A DNA stretch of 64,000 bases, from positions 14,632,001 to 14,696,000 of the forward strand of contig NW_027266267.1 of the NCBI RefSeq assembly GCF_022045235.1. Direction: 5' to 3'. The DNA comes from Haliotis cracherodii (taxonomy: Eukaryota). Under the pieces are notes generated by a model that did no database searches, was not told where the DNA came from, and worked only from the letters and a program-made list of their open reading frames with translations. Position 1 is the first letter of the stretch, and each line of letters starts with the position of its first letter. Below are positions 25,013-38,516 of this stretch, one piece after another. The position numbers and the translations under genes were made by a program.

Positions 25013-26713
25013 TGAAGACAGAACAAACATTGTCTTTTTACTAATAAGTTCTGTGATATGATGCAGATGATTAACATATCCTAGTGTCTGACATATATAA
25101 CGACCAGTGGGTTTCTAAGCTCATTTTACCAGACTTGGGTTACATACATCATTTGTCCCAGCATCGCTTTTGTATATCTGGCAAGACGACATTAGAAACT
25201 GATTAAGATGGAACCAACAATTGACCTTGGACTTCTCAGCTCAGGTTACTAGGCTAGGATTTCATTAATATTTTTTTCTTAATAACTCTTCTAACTAATT
25301 GACAAAAAGATCTCAGGGGTTCAAGATGAAACCAACAAGTTCAATTTTAGCATTCGACTTCTCAGCTCGTGTTAGTATGGATTTTCATTTATAAATCTAC
25401 CTAACACCTGTTTTGAATAGTTGGCACAAAGATCCCAGAAGGTGACAATGTTTGCATTGACTGGTTACATATGATCTTTACTTGACAGTACAGATATGAT
25501 TCAGTGTATGTGAAACAATAGACCATTGGATGTTTTTTTTCGTTTGAGTTACTTCATTTTTTCCCGAGGTGCCATTTTAGCAGGGACAGTACATGTTATG
25601 TTATTCTCCTTTTGGATCAGTGCAATGGGTTAATTTTAATAAAATAGGATTGGCTTGTGTTGTCGCTTTTATTGTTATTGTCGCTAGTGTTGATATCTGG
25701 GTTTAGTTAACTACAGTTATACTAGTGATAAATCCACAATTAATCCAAATAATCAGCTTATGAAACTACATCCTCTGGTGTTATTTATACTTGTCTTCAT
25801 CATATGTCCACTATTTCTACTACTGTTATACTATCAAAGTATGTTGTTCTTCATACCTACTTAAGCAGTCCTTATCTTTCAAATAAATGTGCATCAATAT
25901 CAACATTAGTATAGGAAACATTTATAGAGAACTGAATGTTGTTAATTCGTAATTTAAATCATCATCTAAGTACGCCAGTGGCGACAACTTTAAGGAGACT
26001 ACCAGAATGCACTGGAAAAACGTACTATTTGTGAGAGACAAAACGGACCAATGTTGTAACATCTTCTTTTAACACGATTAATGTTGTTTTTTATTTCCTT
26101 GCTACCTAATATATGTCATAAATATCAGTTTTATCTTGTGTTGAATCATAGCTAGCATTTTGATTAACAGTCAGGGGGACAAGGTGCAAATAAGTGATAA
26201 GAACTCGTTCAACTTTTGCATTGAGAAGTGCGTGTGCGAGCAAATAAAGGCCCTTCCATAATAAAACAAATTAACTGAAGCGTTTACTTTATTGGTGTAA
26301 TTAAGATATTGTCTAAATATGTACCAGACAACCACACGGATCAATGGTTAAGGCGATATTTCAGCATCATAGTTAAGATATTGAAGTTAGTGCATGGTGT
26401 GTGCTGTAACATATTAAAATCGATATTAAATACCGGAAAAACTGAAGGACAACATGTTCATTGGACAGTTTTGAAAAAAGTAATGTGCTTTAAATAAGTT
26501 GAAAAGAAAGAAAAGCTTATTCTATTCTGTAATAGTCTTCCTGCCTTGAAGAAAGGTAATGTGCTTTAAATACCTTTTTTAGATCTGTCGCTCCCGATGA
26601 CCACGTACGTACGTCAAAGACTCGTTATATCGCGCGGAGTAGCAGAATTTTCCCACAGTGATTTCATCAATTCTCGAGGCATTACGCTCACTATCTACAG
26701 TCAAGGCATAAAT

Positions 26714-26724
26714 AATATATAAGA
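26714..26724 (+). promoter_or_regulatory. candidate TATA box of the PAN/propeller gene
   Basis: ATATATAAGA about 95 bp upstream of ATG 26817. Confidence 0.35.
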
Positions 26725-26816
26725 GCCATACACTACTGTAGCTCAGTGATGAACGTACTCGGGATCAGTTCGTTCTGAAGTCTGCAGTAGCACAAAACAA
26801 CATTTATAACTTTAGA

Positions 26817-29800
26817 ATGAAGAACTATGCCTGCAAATGCATACATTTTGCAATTCTTGCAAATGTTTTTGGATTGGGATTCATGGGAAGGACGATCGTC
26901 TTTGGTAGGAGTCCATTTGGTCCGAAGATGTGTGAGGAACTGTGTCGACAAATCGGTAGTTGTCCATCTTTCAGGTTCTCCGCTTCTGAACTCATCTGCC
27001 ACCTAGATGGTGACAATGCTGAGGTGGATGATGACATTCTTATTGTCATGCAGGTGTGTTGCTAAACGCACCTTTTGTTTGCAATTTGTTAAAACATTTA
27101 TCCTAACTATGTTGATAGGTGAGTGAGTGAGTGAGTGAGTGAGTTATGGTTTATAGTCACATCGGCAATATTTCAGGCATATGTTGATAGGTGAGAATCC
27201 TTTCCAAGAAAAGCTACTGAATCCTAATTCAGTTTCTGAAAATTTTCATAAAGTTGTATACGTGGCCTTCTGGTGTTGTTGAAGAGGGTATTACCTTTTT
27301 GCCCAAATGCAGCACTCGATACCTCGTAAACAACAGTATTACATACACTGATTCCTGTCTCACGGATAGCCTGGTATGTCACACTCGTTAGACACAATTT
27401 ACCCATCAACGTAACTTAGTCTGTATTATAAGTGTATAAATTTCGTATCGAATTTGGGAAGAAGGTGTATGATTAATATGAGGAAACAAAGAGGCCTGAC
27501 AAATTATGAAGGTGTTTTAAACCTATTTTTCTGAACGTGATTTGCGCCATAATTTGCGTGATGTTGCGTCAGGCAATAAACAAGCGCTTACAATAAACGC
27601 AAACTGGTAGTCCAATGATTTCCTTTTGCGTCACAATGGTGTGAGTCATCCTTTGAACAGCGCATCTCTTGTGCAGGGTAGCGAGTAATGAATATACGTA
27701 TTCAACTATTCATTTGAAACATTGTGCTTTTATGATGAAAGAGCATCAAGATATGTTAACTGTCCACGAATACACTAATGACATTATACACGACCAACAA
27801 TTATTAATTTTATGCTGAATATTAAAGATATTCCACTTTCAGCACAAAAGCAATGTGATGGCATGTCCAACAGGCTCAAAATTGATACTCACAAGAGCAA
27901 AGCTTCTCAAATGTGTGCACTATATGCCTACCGAGCTCATTAATACTGTCTGTCCTGCTACTGCTGCCATTGCTGAGAGCCCTACTGCCACTGCTGTTGC
28001 TACTTGCGCTGTCACGACTACTGCTATTAGGAATACTGCAGGTAATCATATAATAAATAAATCTCTACTTTTATATATATATATTTACAACGTACTCGTG
28101 TAACAACTGGGGGCACTGGTGGCCCAGTCGTCTAAGGCGCCGCGATTCGCTGTGCAGAGTTGCGTCCCTTGGACACACCAGAAACCTATGATTGTTGGTT
28201 CGTATCCCAGTTCGCCCCGATTATGTTTCTAGGTTTGTAACCGAAGTGGTAAACGTCTAAGACCTGCATCACTTCGGGCTTTCCTCCCACATTAAGCTGA
28301 CACGCCGTGATATAACTGGAATACTGTTAAAAGCAGGGTTGAATCCAACTACTATTACACCATGCGACTTGTGATACTCAATTCGACCTGATAAGATTCC
28401 TGGGAGTGTCAACGCCATATAATAAGTAAAGCGACCAAGCTCTTTCCATATTTTTAAATATAAAACGCCAACGCCAGAGAATAATCAGTTTCGATTTACT
28501 GCTGACACAGGTTACATATGAAATCATATGAATGGATCACTACATATCAGTGATGACACAAGGTGTTCGCGAAAAGGGTACGCATCTCCAGCTCTAGTGG
28601 TAGCACCCACCAATCACACAATAGAAATCTCTGCAAAAAGCATGGTATTTTCCGGCTTTATTATGAGCATGGGTTTATGAATGACCAACAAATAATTTGG
28701 GGGTTTTGTTTTTATTTTTGTTATTCAATTCTGTATATGATGTGACATATTTTTACATAAAATAGTATGACATTTAATATAAGGTTTAGGTTACATACCT
28801 ATACAGTAGACGGCAAATTTTAGTTGACTACAGGTGTACATCATGATGTTAAGAAGTGACGAAAACTAGCAAGCTACATTTGCCATGCTTATTTGGGATT
28901 CTCATTCTTAACAGTTCGTTCTTTGTATAGATGATCGATGAATTCATTTTATATTAAAAATAAAGAAATGTTGCATCTTTTGTACATTTTCTGATTCTGA
29001 TAAAAATGTCCTTTCATGAAATATCTAAGTCAAGAATGGTATCCCATTTTCCACATACTTTTCGCAATTTGCTGTAGTTATAGTCTTATATCATCAAAAT
29101 ATCTGGAGCCTTTAGGCGCTGCAAGTTAGTCCATCAAAGATGTTGATTCTGTTACATAATGTGATTATTTCTAATTGTATCTTTCAAGGTTTTTGGTATG
29201 TTTGATAGAACCTGGTAATAGTCAATAATTGTGACTTAAATTTGGTGTTTTCTTTTAAGTTCATTTAAATTCCCTTTAACAAAACAATTTCTTGTAATGA
29301 AATCAGTGACGTTTACATCACAGGGGTTCTGATAGTACTCCTCCAATGTTTGTGGAGTTACTTTTGTGTCTTCTATACAATGTTCCCTGTGCAGCCAAAA
29401 CGTCTCTCCAGTAAGGGTTAACGAAGTGTATACAGTTTTCAATATTGGCCCCATGTAGGAATATGTATTTTTGTGGAAAGATGCTTGGCTTATTACAGTT
29501 TTTGTTTCGAAGATGTTTTTTTTGTAGAACTGACAGTTTTAAAGAATGTGTATAAAATCTTACCTCTATATCATTCTCACTCCGCCTTCGATATTAATAT
29601 TGTTTGTTTTATTTTATGCCTTTTTTGTGAGGGTTTGGAAGAGAGGACAATATATGTACTAAGTTTGACAGGGCCAAGGTTTTGACAACAGTCAACTATC
29701 AATGTTAACTTTCTTTTCCTCCAATTCTCTCAAATTTGATAAATAATTTCAAATCTCTTTTTGTATTGATTAACAACAGATTATTTAAATTATAATTACG

Positions 29801-32800
29801 CTTTATTCCAAATATTTCACCGTCCCCACTGTGCCAGTCTAGTTTCAGATCTTGACATCATTTGATGTTACAGCCTGTCATTGAGCCGATCTATATTGCT
29901 TTTTTTATATCAATATTATTATCCAGACATCTTATAAAAATCATTGAGGGTGTCAATAGCCATACTTAAACTTTCATCTGTCACATCTAGAAATATTTCT
30001 GTATCATCAGCATATTGTCCAAGTTTATGTTCCACATTATTCAGTTTGATACCTATTATTATCACGAATCATTAGTCTCCATTTTGTATGATACAAGATA
30101 AATCATTAAAGATGAGTATGGATATCCATTTTCTCATAATAGGTCCAAAGCCACGTTTTGAAACAGTATCAAAAGGTTTTTTCAAAGTCTATAAGTAATA
30201 GTAACCCAGGCTTATTATGTAACTTTAGAGTTTTAAGTGTCATATTAATTCTGTTTGCTATACAGGTACTCAAAATTTTATGCAATGAATTTAAGGGCAA
30301 AATTGGTCGCCAGTATTTTAGTAGTTGTCTATCTTTGGTGCCTTTTGGTGTACACGTAACGACACCTCTATTCATTGTTAGACTGAAAGTGTCATTTCTA
30401 AATATTTCTGTAATATATATGTATAACCATATTCCAAGATCCTTTGAGATAAAATTGAAAAAATCTCCTGGGAATCCATCAATACCTGGGCTTTTGTTAC
30501 TTTTCATAGATTGTACGGCCTTTGTTATTTCATTCATAAAAGAATTTTCTTCCAAATGATCAAACTGTGATTTAAGTTTTGGTGCATTTAATTTGTGTAA
30601 TATTTTGGGGGGTTGCACTAGTTATTTTTCCACTTGAAGAGTATAGTTTCTCATAAAAATGTCTTTGTTCAGTTAGAATGGATTGTCCATCGGTTATTAA
30701 CACCCTCTATCAGTTATGATACTGTTAATTAGTTTACTGGTATAGTCCCTGTTTTGATGGGTTCTCTTCTTCCTCGTACCTGGATTCTGTTTCTTATTTG
30801 TATCCCCCTACATTCTTCTTCTTTCAGTTTTTCAAAGAGTACTTTATATAAAGATAAGTCTGACAGCTTTGATTTACTTATATTCTGAAAATGTTCCCTA
30901 ATTTCCTCTTCTATGTGCTTTTTTCCCCTCTACGTTTTTTGGGATTCTTTTAACAAGCCGGAACCGATATTGATTTGCCTCTCACTTTCATCAAAAATGT
31001 TTCTAAGAAGAGAGTATCGCTGACATTTAATTCGAAGTTTAGGTCTTCAGTTTTTCTCGCTTCATCTTTGGAATATTTACTGTTTGAACATTCTATCTTT
31101 GTTTCTTCTAGCGTATCTTTCACTATTTGGATACATTCGTGGTTAAACAGTGAAGATGTATTCAACTTCCAGTAGCCGCAACCTGAGTGCATTTGAAAAA
31201 GTTAAAGTTATTGCAGAGTGATCAGATTTGTATCCTGGTATAATTGTAGATTCAATAGTTATATTTTCTTTGTCTTGTGAGACCAAGAAGAACTCAAGTC
31301 TAGCTTGTTGTTTTGGCTTTTTTCCAACCATGTGTACTTATTTGCGTCTTGACTCTTTTCTCTCCAAATATCAAAAGCTTTCTGTTGTTTCAAGAACTAA
31401 CTTTCTTGATTAGGGATTGTTGACATGCTTATAATTATCCAAATCGACGGCTGGATTGGGCACCAAGTTACAATCTCTGCATATAACAAGTGATTCGTTT
31501 TCAAAATCGTAAATAATATTGAATAAAGTATTGTAGAATACCAACAAATAGTTAGGATACCAGATGTTCTCCAAAAGGTTAGCGTGTCCAGCCCCATCGA
31601 TGACATCCGCCACAAACCCATGCAAAGGCAAGTCAAGTGTTCACCTGAAAATAACACGGGAACGATTTTATCACGGATGCTTCATGTTTGGAATGGTCCT
31701 CCACATGTCTATCACAAAACTTTTTGAAATCTTTACTGAGGCCTGGAACCTTGGAACCCTGATCAAACAACTTCTGAGTCTTATGTTCTTTGAAATCTTT
31801 GTATACAGAGCATTGTCGACTGTGACTCAAACGTTGTGACATGTAGACACCAAATGATGGAGCTGCTGGAATATTGATCGTCATAAAGGAAAGTTGACGA
31901 ATGGAAAGTTAAAGGTGCGCTGTTCTCTTACTCTGATCATTGCCTTTATTGTTTTTCCCCGTAGATACCCGGATGATATCCCAGAACTTTTGACTAGTTC
32001 GCGATGTGTGCTGTGCCAACCGGAAGCGCATTTGTCGCTTTTATTGATAGTATAGAAGTGTGTATCGTCACATTGATCAACAAAATGAAATAACAGGCTT
32101 GTCTTGGAAATAATCAGGAAATGCAGTTGGGGGTAGCATCGGTAATGGTGACAAAGTTTTGATAAGTCACTTGCTTGGTATTGTGCGATTTACGTCTACA
32201 CTATTTTGACTTGTAACACTGAATTTGACTGAAATTGACTGAAACAGGAATTATTTTTTGCATTTCCGTGCCAAAATAAGTTGGACTTCAAACGAAGTTA
32301 GGAATCGTTTCCAGAGCATCGCTCATAAAATAATTTGTACATGTTTAATTTCTTTGTATTAAGCTGAAGTGCTGAAATGATGAGTTTTGCTATTGAAGTG
32401 TTGTTAGGTGTTTTAGATGACAAGTTTCAAATGAGGGTAACACTTGTCGGTTTAGTCATCTGTCATGATTTAAGTCGTATTCACAAACCTTTTTCTTTGG
32501 TATAATGAATACATGACAGATACATTATTTGATTGGACATATTTAAAAGGGCGGGGGAAATTGATGACTGTATCTTCTTGTTCAGTTTACATCCGATAGT
32601 CAATAATATACAATAACCATATGCAATGGCTGGTGTTTCATTTTCGGCCAAAAATATATCAAATGTTTGTTTTTCATATTACAGAAATAGGATTATCAGT
32701 CATTATATTCTCCATGCAATCCGAAATCCGAAAAATGCTTTCACTGCAGGGATACATTTTTTTATTATACTATAACCGTCAGCGGTATTTAGGAAAAACA

Positions 32801-35575
32801 ACATCCGATGAGCTTTCACCGTTCTTTTTGTCTGTTTGTTAAGGTTGAATTAACATGCGCCCTTTGTAAAATCGAAATCTTCACAGATCAGGGGTAGCTA
32901 ATCAGTGTTCAGAAATGAGTGCAACTGTTTCTTAAAGTTTTTCACTGTCCTCACAGAGAGTAACCAAGTCTTTTGTCACGGTCAGTTGGGTTAGCGAACA
33001 AACTGACTCACGGCAGCTAGTGAGCACTAGCAGGAGTTTTATAGTTTATAATTGTTTAACGTCGCATCGGCATAATTTCAGCCATATAACGACGAAACAG
33101 GAAGTGTTAGACAGCCGGGTAGAAGCCTGAGGTTAGTGACCCAGTAAACATGAAACGTCAACGCCAGAGAAAAAGTAACCTCGATTATCCGCCCAAACAG
33201 ATTCCATCGGGCGTAAAAGAAAAATAGCGGTGAAAGTAATATGAATGGATCACTGAAAATAAATGATACAACCAGCCTTAAGCTAAAAGGGTAAGCATGC
33301 CCTACCCCACTGGAAGTATGAGAAACTCACACAATTAGCATGTAAAACTAAGTGTGTGTTGCCTGACGTCACACAGCAGTACTCCTGCCATGCGACAGTG
33401 TTCTGTAAACAAACCAGACAATCACGTGATGGACCACAAAAGATCCCGTGACACAAGGCGTATTTAGTGTTTAATCTCATCCCTATTGTCATACGGTCTG
33501 GGGAGAGTTTTTGTCACTCTGAATCTATGCATAGATCTAAATTTAAAACAGATGAGACGGTTTGATATTTTATATTTGATAGTGATTCATAAACACATGC
33601 TCATGAAAAAGTCGGAATCGTAGAATGGATTCTGCTTTTTGTTGAACTCTCTATTGTGTGAGGCGGTTTCACTGGTTTCTTTTATTTCTATTATTATCAT
33701 TTTGGAACGGTATGAGATGATCGATATGTTTGAAGGTTAAGTTAAACTCCTTGGCCAATTTGATTTCACCAATCCGAGAAGAAATTCTGACTCGTATGCA
33801 TAAACCGCGTATGTTTCAATAATAAGCTGCGACTTGAACTTAAGGTTCATGTATTTCAATGGTCTGATGTTCAATAATATTTAAATAGCCAATTCCCTTC
33901 CATTAATTTAGCTACCTGAACTAGAAATAAAGGAGACCAGTGTTTCATATTTAGATCTATGCATAAAGATTTCAGAGTGACAAAAAACTCTCCACAAGAC
34001 GGTATGACAAGAGGGGTGACTTCAACTTATCGATAGTCAACTTCACGTCGAACAATATTTCAACAGCTCCAGCCTTTGGTGTTTACATTTCACGCCTTTT
34101 GAGATACAATCAAGCATGCTCTTTCTACCAAGATTTCCAAGAGCGTCACACGACTCTTGCTCAGAAGTTGTTTGATCAAGGTTACAACATTCAAGGCATC
34201 AGTAAAGCTTTCAAAATGTTTTATGGTAGACATGTGGATGATATTTCGAAATTCGGCGCATCAGTGAAAAAATGATGCCCGATGCAATGCCCTATCCTGA
34301 CTTGTACCATATGTTCCCGTGTGGGTTATTTTCAGGTCAAAACTTGCCCTGTATTTGCATGTGTTTGTGACGGGTGTCACCGCTGGGGCAGGTACGCTCT
34401 CCTTTTCGCGGACACCTGGTATGATTACTATCTGATAGTGATTCTTAAACACATGCTCATGATATAGTCGGAATCGTAAAATCGACTTTATTCAGAGTTT
34501 TCTACTGGATATAGAAAGGGTTTTGTCGCTCTATTTACGTCAAGTCGGAAACACAATGATATGTAGTTCCAAGCAGCGGTACGCCTAACTCATCCACTGA
34601 CGCAGATGCCATTATTCTTCAACACATATAGTTCCTACTGTTGAGTTTAAAGACTAGATTGTGTTTTTTGTTTTCCCATAATGGTAAACTTCTACTTTCT
34701 GCAAAACGTTTGAAATTTTCTGGCATAAAAAAAAGAAAAAAAGATTGTTCAAATAGTGTAACCCCATAATACGACTGCCTAACTCTCAGACTCATAAGCT
34801 TCTCTGTTTAGCAGGAACCTTCAAAACGGGGACCGATGAGGCGAGAACACGACTCCTGATTGCCTTAAGGGATGGCATCTACCAACTACACCTACACAAT
34901 GAGTCACTGGCGTTGTACAAAAGGACGCGAAGGGTAGACACCATCACGTACATGCCACTATCAAGGCGTGTTCTTGTAGGACAGAGAAGTAAAACACGAA
35001 AGACATGGACCCTCGTGTCTCGTTCACTGGATCAATCTAATTCACATGAAGTTAAATCCAAGTTAAGTCGTCTGAGAACCGTAGCAGTAGACGAAGTCAA
35101 TCAGTTGCTTTTCGTTGCCTTTTTCAAAACTGGTGTTCACAAGATGTCCCTGAATGCACAAACACCTGCATTAATGTCGAGGAGGCCAAAGCCTTTAGAC
35201 ATTGCAGTAGATCCAGCCAGTAAGGTTGTCTTTGTAGTCTATATGAATTGGTTAACCCTTCAGACATATGAACTTAAGATCAAGAGATATTTGAACACGA
35301 AACAAAGTTGTCAAACTGTAACCTTAAATCTGATAAATGATGTGTTTTATTACAATGTCGATAAGAATGTCTATGAAAGGCCTTTGAACGGAAAAGCCCC
35401 AACTATTTATTTTCGACTGACCTCTAAACCTTCGAATATCGTCAGTAATAATGGAAATATGTACGTAATGTACCAAAAGAAGGAAGTTGGTTTCATCTGT
35501 AACACTGGACGTATCAGAAATTACAAAACGATTTTGATCCCAAATATTCCTTTAACAATGTGTCTTGTTCCTTGA
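26817..35575 (+). CDS. putative secreted protein, about 398 aa: signal-like N-terminus, PAN/apple-like domain, Thr/Ala-rich linker, LDLR-class-B-like beta-propeller (exons 26817-27053, 27843-28041, 34815-35575)
   Basis: Splice sites CAG|GTGTGT, TTTCAG|CAC, GCAG|GTAATC and TTTAGCAG|GAACC join in frame (phase 0, then 1). PAN-like CEELCRQIGSCPSFRFSASELICHL; propeller-like repeats LRTVAVDEVNQLLFVA and PLDIAVDPASKVVFVV. Confidence 0.72.
28109..28350 (+). mobile_element. tRNA-derived SINE family C
   Basis: A box TGGCCCAGTCGTCTAAGGCG, B box GGTTCGTATCCC; minus-strand copies at 37949, 38237 and 48359. Confidence 0.85.
28930..31560 (-). mobile_element. degenerate L1/Tx1 LINE (endonuclease and RT fragments)
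   Basis: Minus-strand fragments QARLEFFLVS, GYKSDHSAI, GYWKLNTS, KSPGIDGFPGDFF, YWRPILPLNSLHKILS, LIDFEKTFD and GQYADDT; many frameshifts. Confidence 0.88.
31563..31935 (-). mobile_element. Penelope-like retroelement RT C-terminal (thumb) remnant
   Basis: NIPAAPSFGVYMSQ...KLFDQG...KDFKKFCDRHVE; related to 34000-34450 and 46240-46460. Confidence 0.6.
33475..34540 (+). mobile_element. Penelope-like remnant with an inverted 5' segment
   Basis: YDKRGDFNLSIVNF...PAFGVYIS...FYGRHVD. An inverted copy of about 75 bp sits at 33475-33550 versus 33941-34020, and the 3' block GATAGTGATTCxTAAACACATGCTC is duplicated. Confidence 0.6.
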
Positions 35576-35825
35576 AAGATTCATACGGTTTAGGTTTATT
35601 CCGTGTAAATCATTACTACACGATAGCAGAGAGTAGAGCTTTCCAGAATGGTTCTGTACATGAGTAATTGGAGTTATCTGCCCCTGGATGTAGTGTATAA
35701 ACATGGCAGACTTGATCGTTTGGGACGTTTTGGGCGAGGAAACCTTTTCCAACTGACGTGTGCCCAATTCAAATGGAATCTGTTCAGTAGCATTATCTAA
35801 TCTGAGTCAACTACAAACAAATGGG

Positions 35826-36080
35826 AACCGTGAAGATCCGGGGTAGAATAGGTCTTCAGCAACCCATGCTTGCCGTAAAAGGCGACTATGCTTGTCGTAA
35901 GAGGCGACTAACGGGATCGGGTGGTCAGGCTCGCTGACTTGGTTGATGCATGTCATCGATCCTAATTGCGTATCGATGATGATGATATCAATCACTGGAT
36001 TGTCTGGTCCAGACTCGATTATTGACAGACCACCGTCATATACCTGGAATATTGCTGAGTGCGGTGTTAAACAACAAACC
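35826..36080 (+). mobile_element. SINE family B
   Basis: Full-length match to the other copies. Confidence 0.88.
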
Positions 36081-36380
36081 AAGACCAAGACAAAAGAATG
36101 GTTTGGGCCGAGACATCAAGACTTCCCAGCCCCCACTGTGTTGCAAAACAAATATATTTTTCTTAAGCGCTTTCGTTATTTGAAAAGCAGCAGAATCTCT
36201 AACTTATACACAGAAAACGTAAATCAAAATTACATAGAGTTTTTATTGGTTTCAACAAAATCAGTGAATTCACTGTCTTGTGACTGGTGTTTCTGGTTTA
36301 TCGATCACTTGATCTTATGGTTATTATTAGATATGATTTCCTTTTTCGCGAACAACTGGCATCATCAGTGATTTTCTGTA

Positions 36381-36543
36381 CAGTAATCTACGGTTAAAAC
36401 GAACTCAAAGGGCGGCTAATTTTAGTTCGTTCTAACCGTATTTCGTTATAAGCATACATACAGCAAATGGCCGGGACCCAAAAAATAATTCGTTATATCA
36501 GTCAGTCTGTTATAAGCGTGTTCGTTATAACCGTAGTTTACTA
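36381..36543. mobile_element. MITE, second copy of the 10017 family
   Basis: CAGTAATCTACGGTTAAAACGAAC ... GTTCGTTATAACCGTAGTTTACTA with TA flanks. Confidence 0.8.
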
Positions 36544-37321
36544 TAGTTCATTCATGTAATGTTTAGTCATTTGGCCTTTTACGACCAATATATATTATCT
36601 ACTTGCCAATTAGGTTCCGTACAACAAACCGTGACAAGATTCAGTTGTGAGTTACAATCTACCATTTTTGTATGCGTCTCCTGTTAAGACATAAAGTGAC
36701 CATTATGTGTCCGGAGTATGTAAGCTGCATCGAATCAGTCTTACGTCCTCGTTCTTGTTGCATGGCTGCAAAATGGTTTCAGGGGCATGTCCATGGTATT
36801 ACATTTTATGTAGGATGAGAAACATACTCTTTATATTCTTGTGTTAATGATGCCTGAACACTCCTGATATCGTAGTCATTGGCATTGTTAAAATCTAGAG
36901 AGCTGCCTCATATAATATTATATACCAATTATTATTAAATCTATGGACCTCTGTGTTAGTATTCAAACCTTTACACATTAGGTGTCGCAATAAAAAAAAC
37001 TACAAATACCTTAACGTCTTATGTGTATATAAAGGTGTTGTTGTGAGTAGGAATATTCCGCTTTTCGTGAGCAATGTATTTTGTTACAAATGTACGCTTT
37101 GCATATAAATCGGTCATTTTGCTACTTTTGGGTCACGCTGCTATAACGTCGAACACAGTTTCAGATATAATGCTGATTTGGAAAACAAAGAAACAGCTGA
37201 GAAATCACGGTCAATGTCTGGGTATGTGCATAGAAGTTCAAAATCAAACGGCCCTTCTCTGGAAAATAATAACTCAGGCTTGACAAGTATAAGCCAGCAA
37301 TTTTCACACCCCAACACACAC

Positions 37322-37515
37322 NNNNNNNNNNNNNNNNNNNNNNNNNNNNNNNNNNNNNNNNNNNNNNNNNNNNNNNNNNNNNNNNNNNNNNNNNNNNNNN
37401 NNNNNNNNNNNNNNNNNNNNNNNNNNNNNNNNNNNNNNNNNNNNNNNNNNNNNNNNNNNNNNNNNNNNNNNNNNNNNNNNNNNNNNNNNNNNNNNNNNNN
37501 NNNNNNNNNNNNNNN
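37322..37515. other. assembly gap (N run)
   Basis: Run of N. Confidence 0.99.
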
Positions 37516-37948
37516 ACAAAGCCATATTAAATAGAGATGGCCACTAAGGTCGCTTTTTGTAATCAGAAACATTGAATATGAAATTAATACACACAAAAGT
37601 CCCCTTCTCTATAAGTATCTCTTAGATTAGCTAACTTCAGTAGTTTCTGAGAAAACGTGTCCCCATTGCACACTCTATGCACCAGGTAAAATAACATTGA
37701 TCAAGGGCCGTAACTCTGTACATAAAATATTTTACAGCACCAATGTTCAAACTCAGTCTTGACAAGTATCTTTTAGATAAGCATGCGAACCTTCATTCAT
37801 GCCACTTCAGTTATTTCCTAGAAAACTTGTCCCCATTGTACACAATATGTACTAAGTTCAAAAGCACGTAGCAAGGGACATATATCTCTCTAAAAATGTT
37901 TTACGGTACCAATTTTCGACCTCAGTCTTGACAAGTATCTTTTAGATA

Positions 37949-38223
37949 GTGAGTGAGTTGGGTTAAACGCCGCTTTTAACATTATGCCAGTTATATCACG
38001 GCGTGTCAGCTTAATGTGGGAGGAAAGCCCGTAGTGATGCAGGTCTCAGACGTTTAACACTTCGGTGAAACCCACAAGCACGGGAATGGTGCTGACAAAC
38101 CTAGAAACAAAATCTGGGCGAACTGGGATTCGAACCCAAAAACATAGATATCTGGCGTGCACAAGAGACGCAACTCTGCACAAGAATCGCGTCGTCTTAG
38201 GCGATTGGGCCGACCGTGCCCCA
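37949..38223 (-). mobile_element. SINE family C
   Basis: Reverse complement of the 28109 family, with a GTGAGT tail. Confidence 0.85.
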
Positions 38224-38236
38224 ATATCTTTAAGAG

Positions 38237-38516
38237 TGAGTTGAGTGAGTTGGGTTTTTTAACGCCGCTTTTAACATTATTCCAGCTTTATCATGGCCTG
38301 TCAACTTAATGTGGGAGGAAAGCCCGAAGTGATGCAGGTCTCAGACGTTTACCACTAAGGTGTAACCCATTAGCACGGGTATGGTGCTGACAAACCTAGA
38401 AACATGATCGGATCGGGGCGAACTGTGATTCGAACCCACAATCATAGATATCTGGCGTATCCAAGGGACGCAACTCTGCACAGCGAATCGCGTCGCCTTA
38501 GGCCCCCCCGTGCCCC
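38237..38516 (-). mobile_element. SINE family C (tandem second copy)
   Basis: Same family; both copies are followed by AATATCTTTAAGA. Confidence 0.85.
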
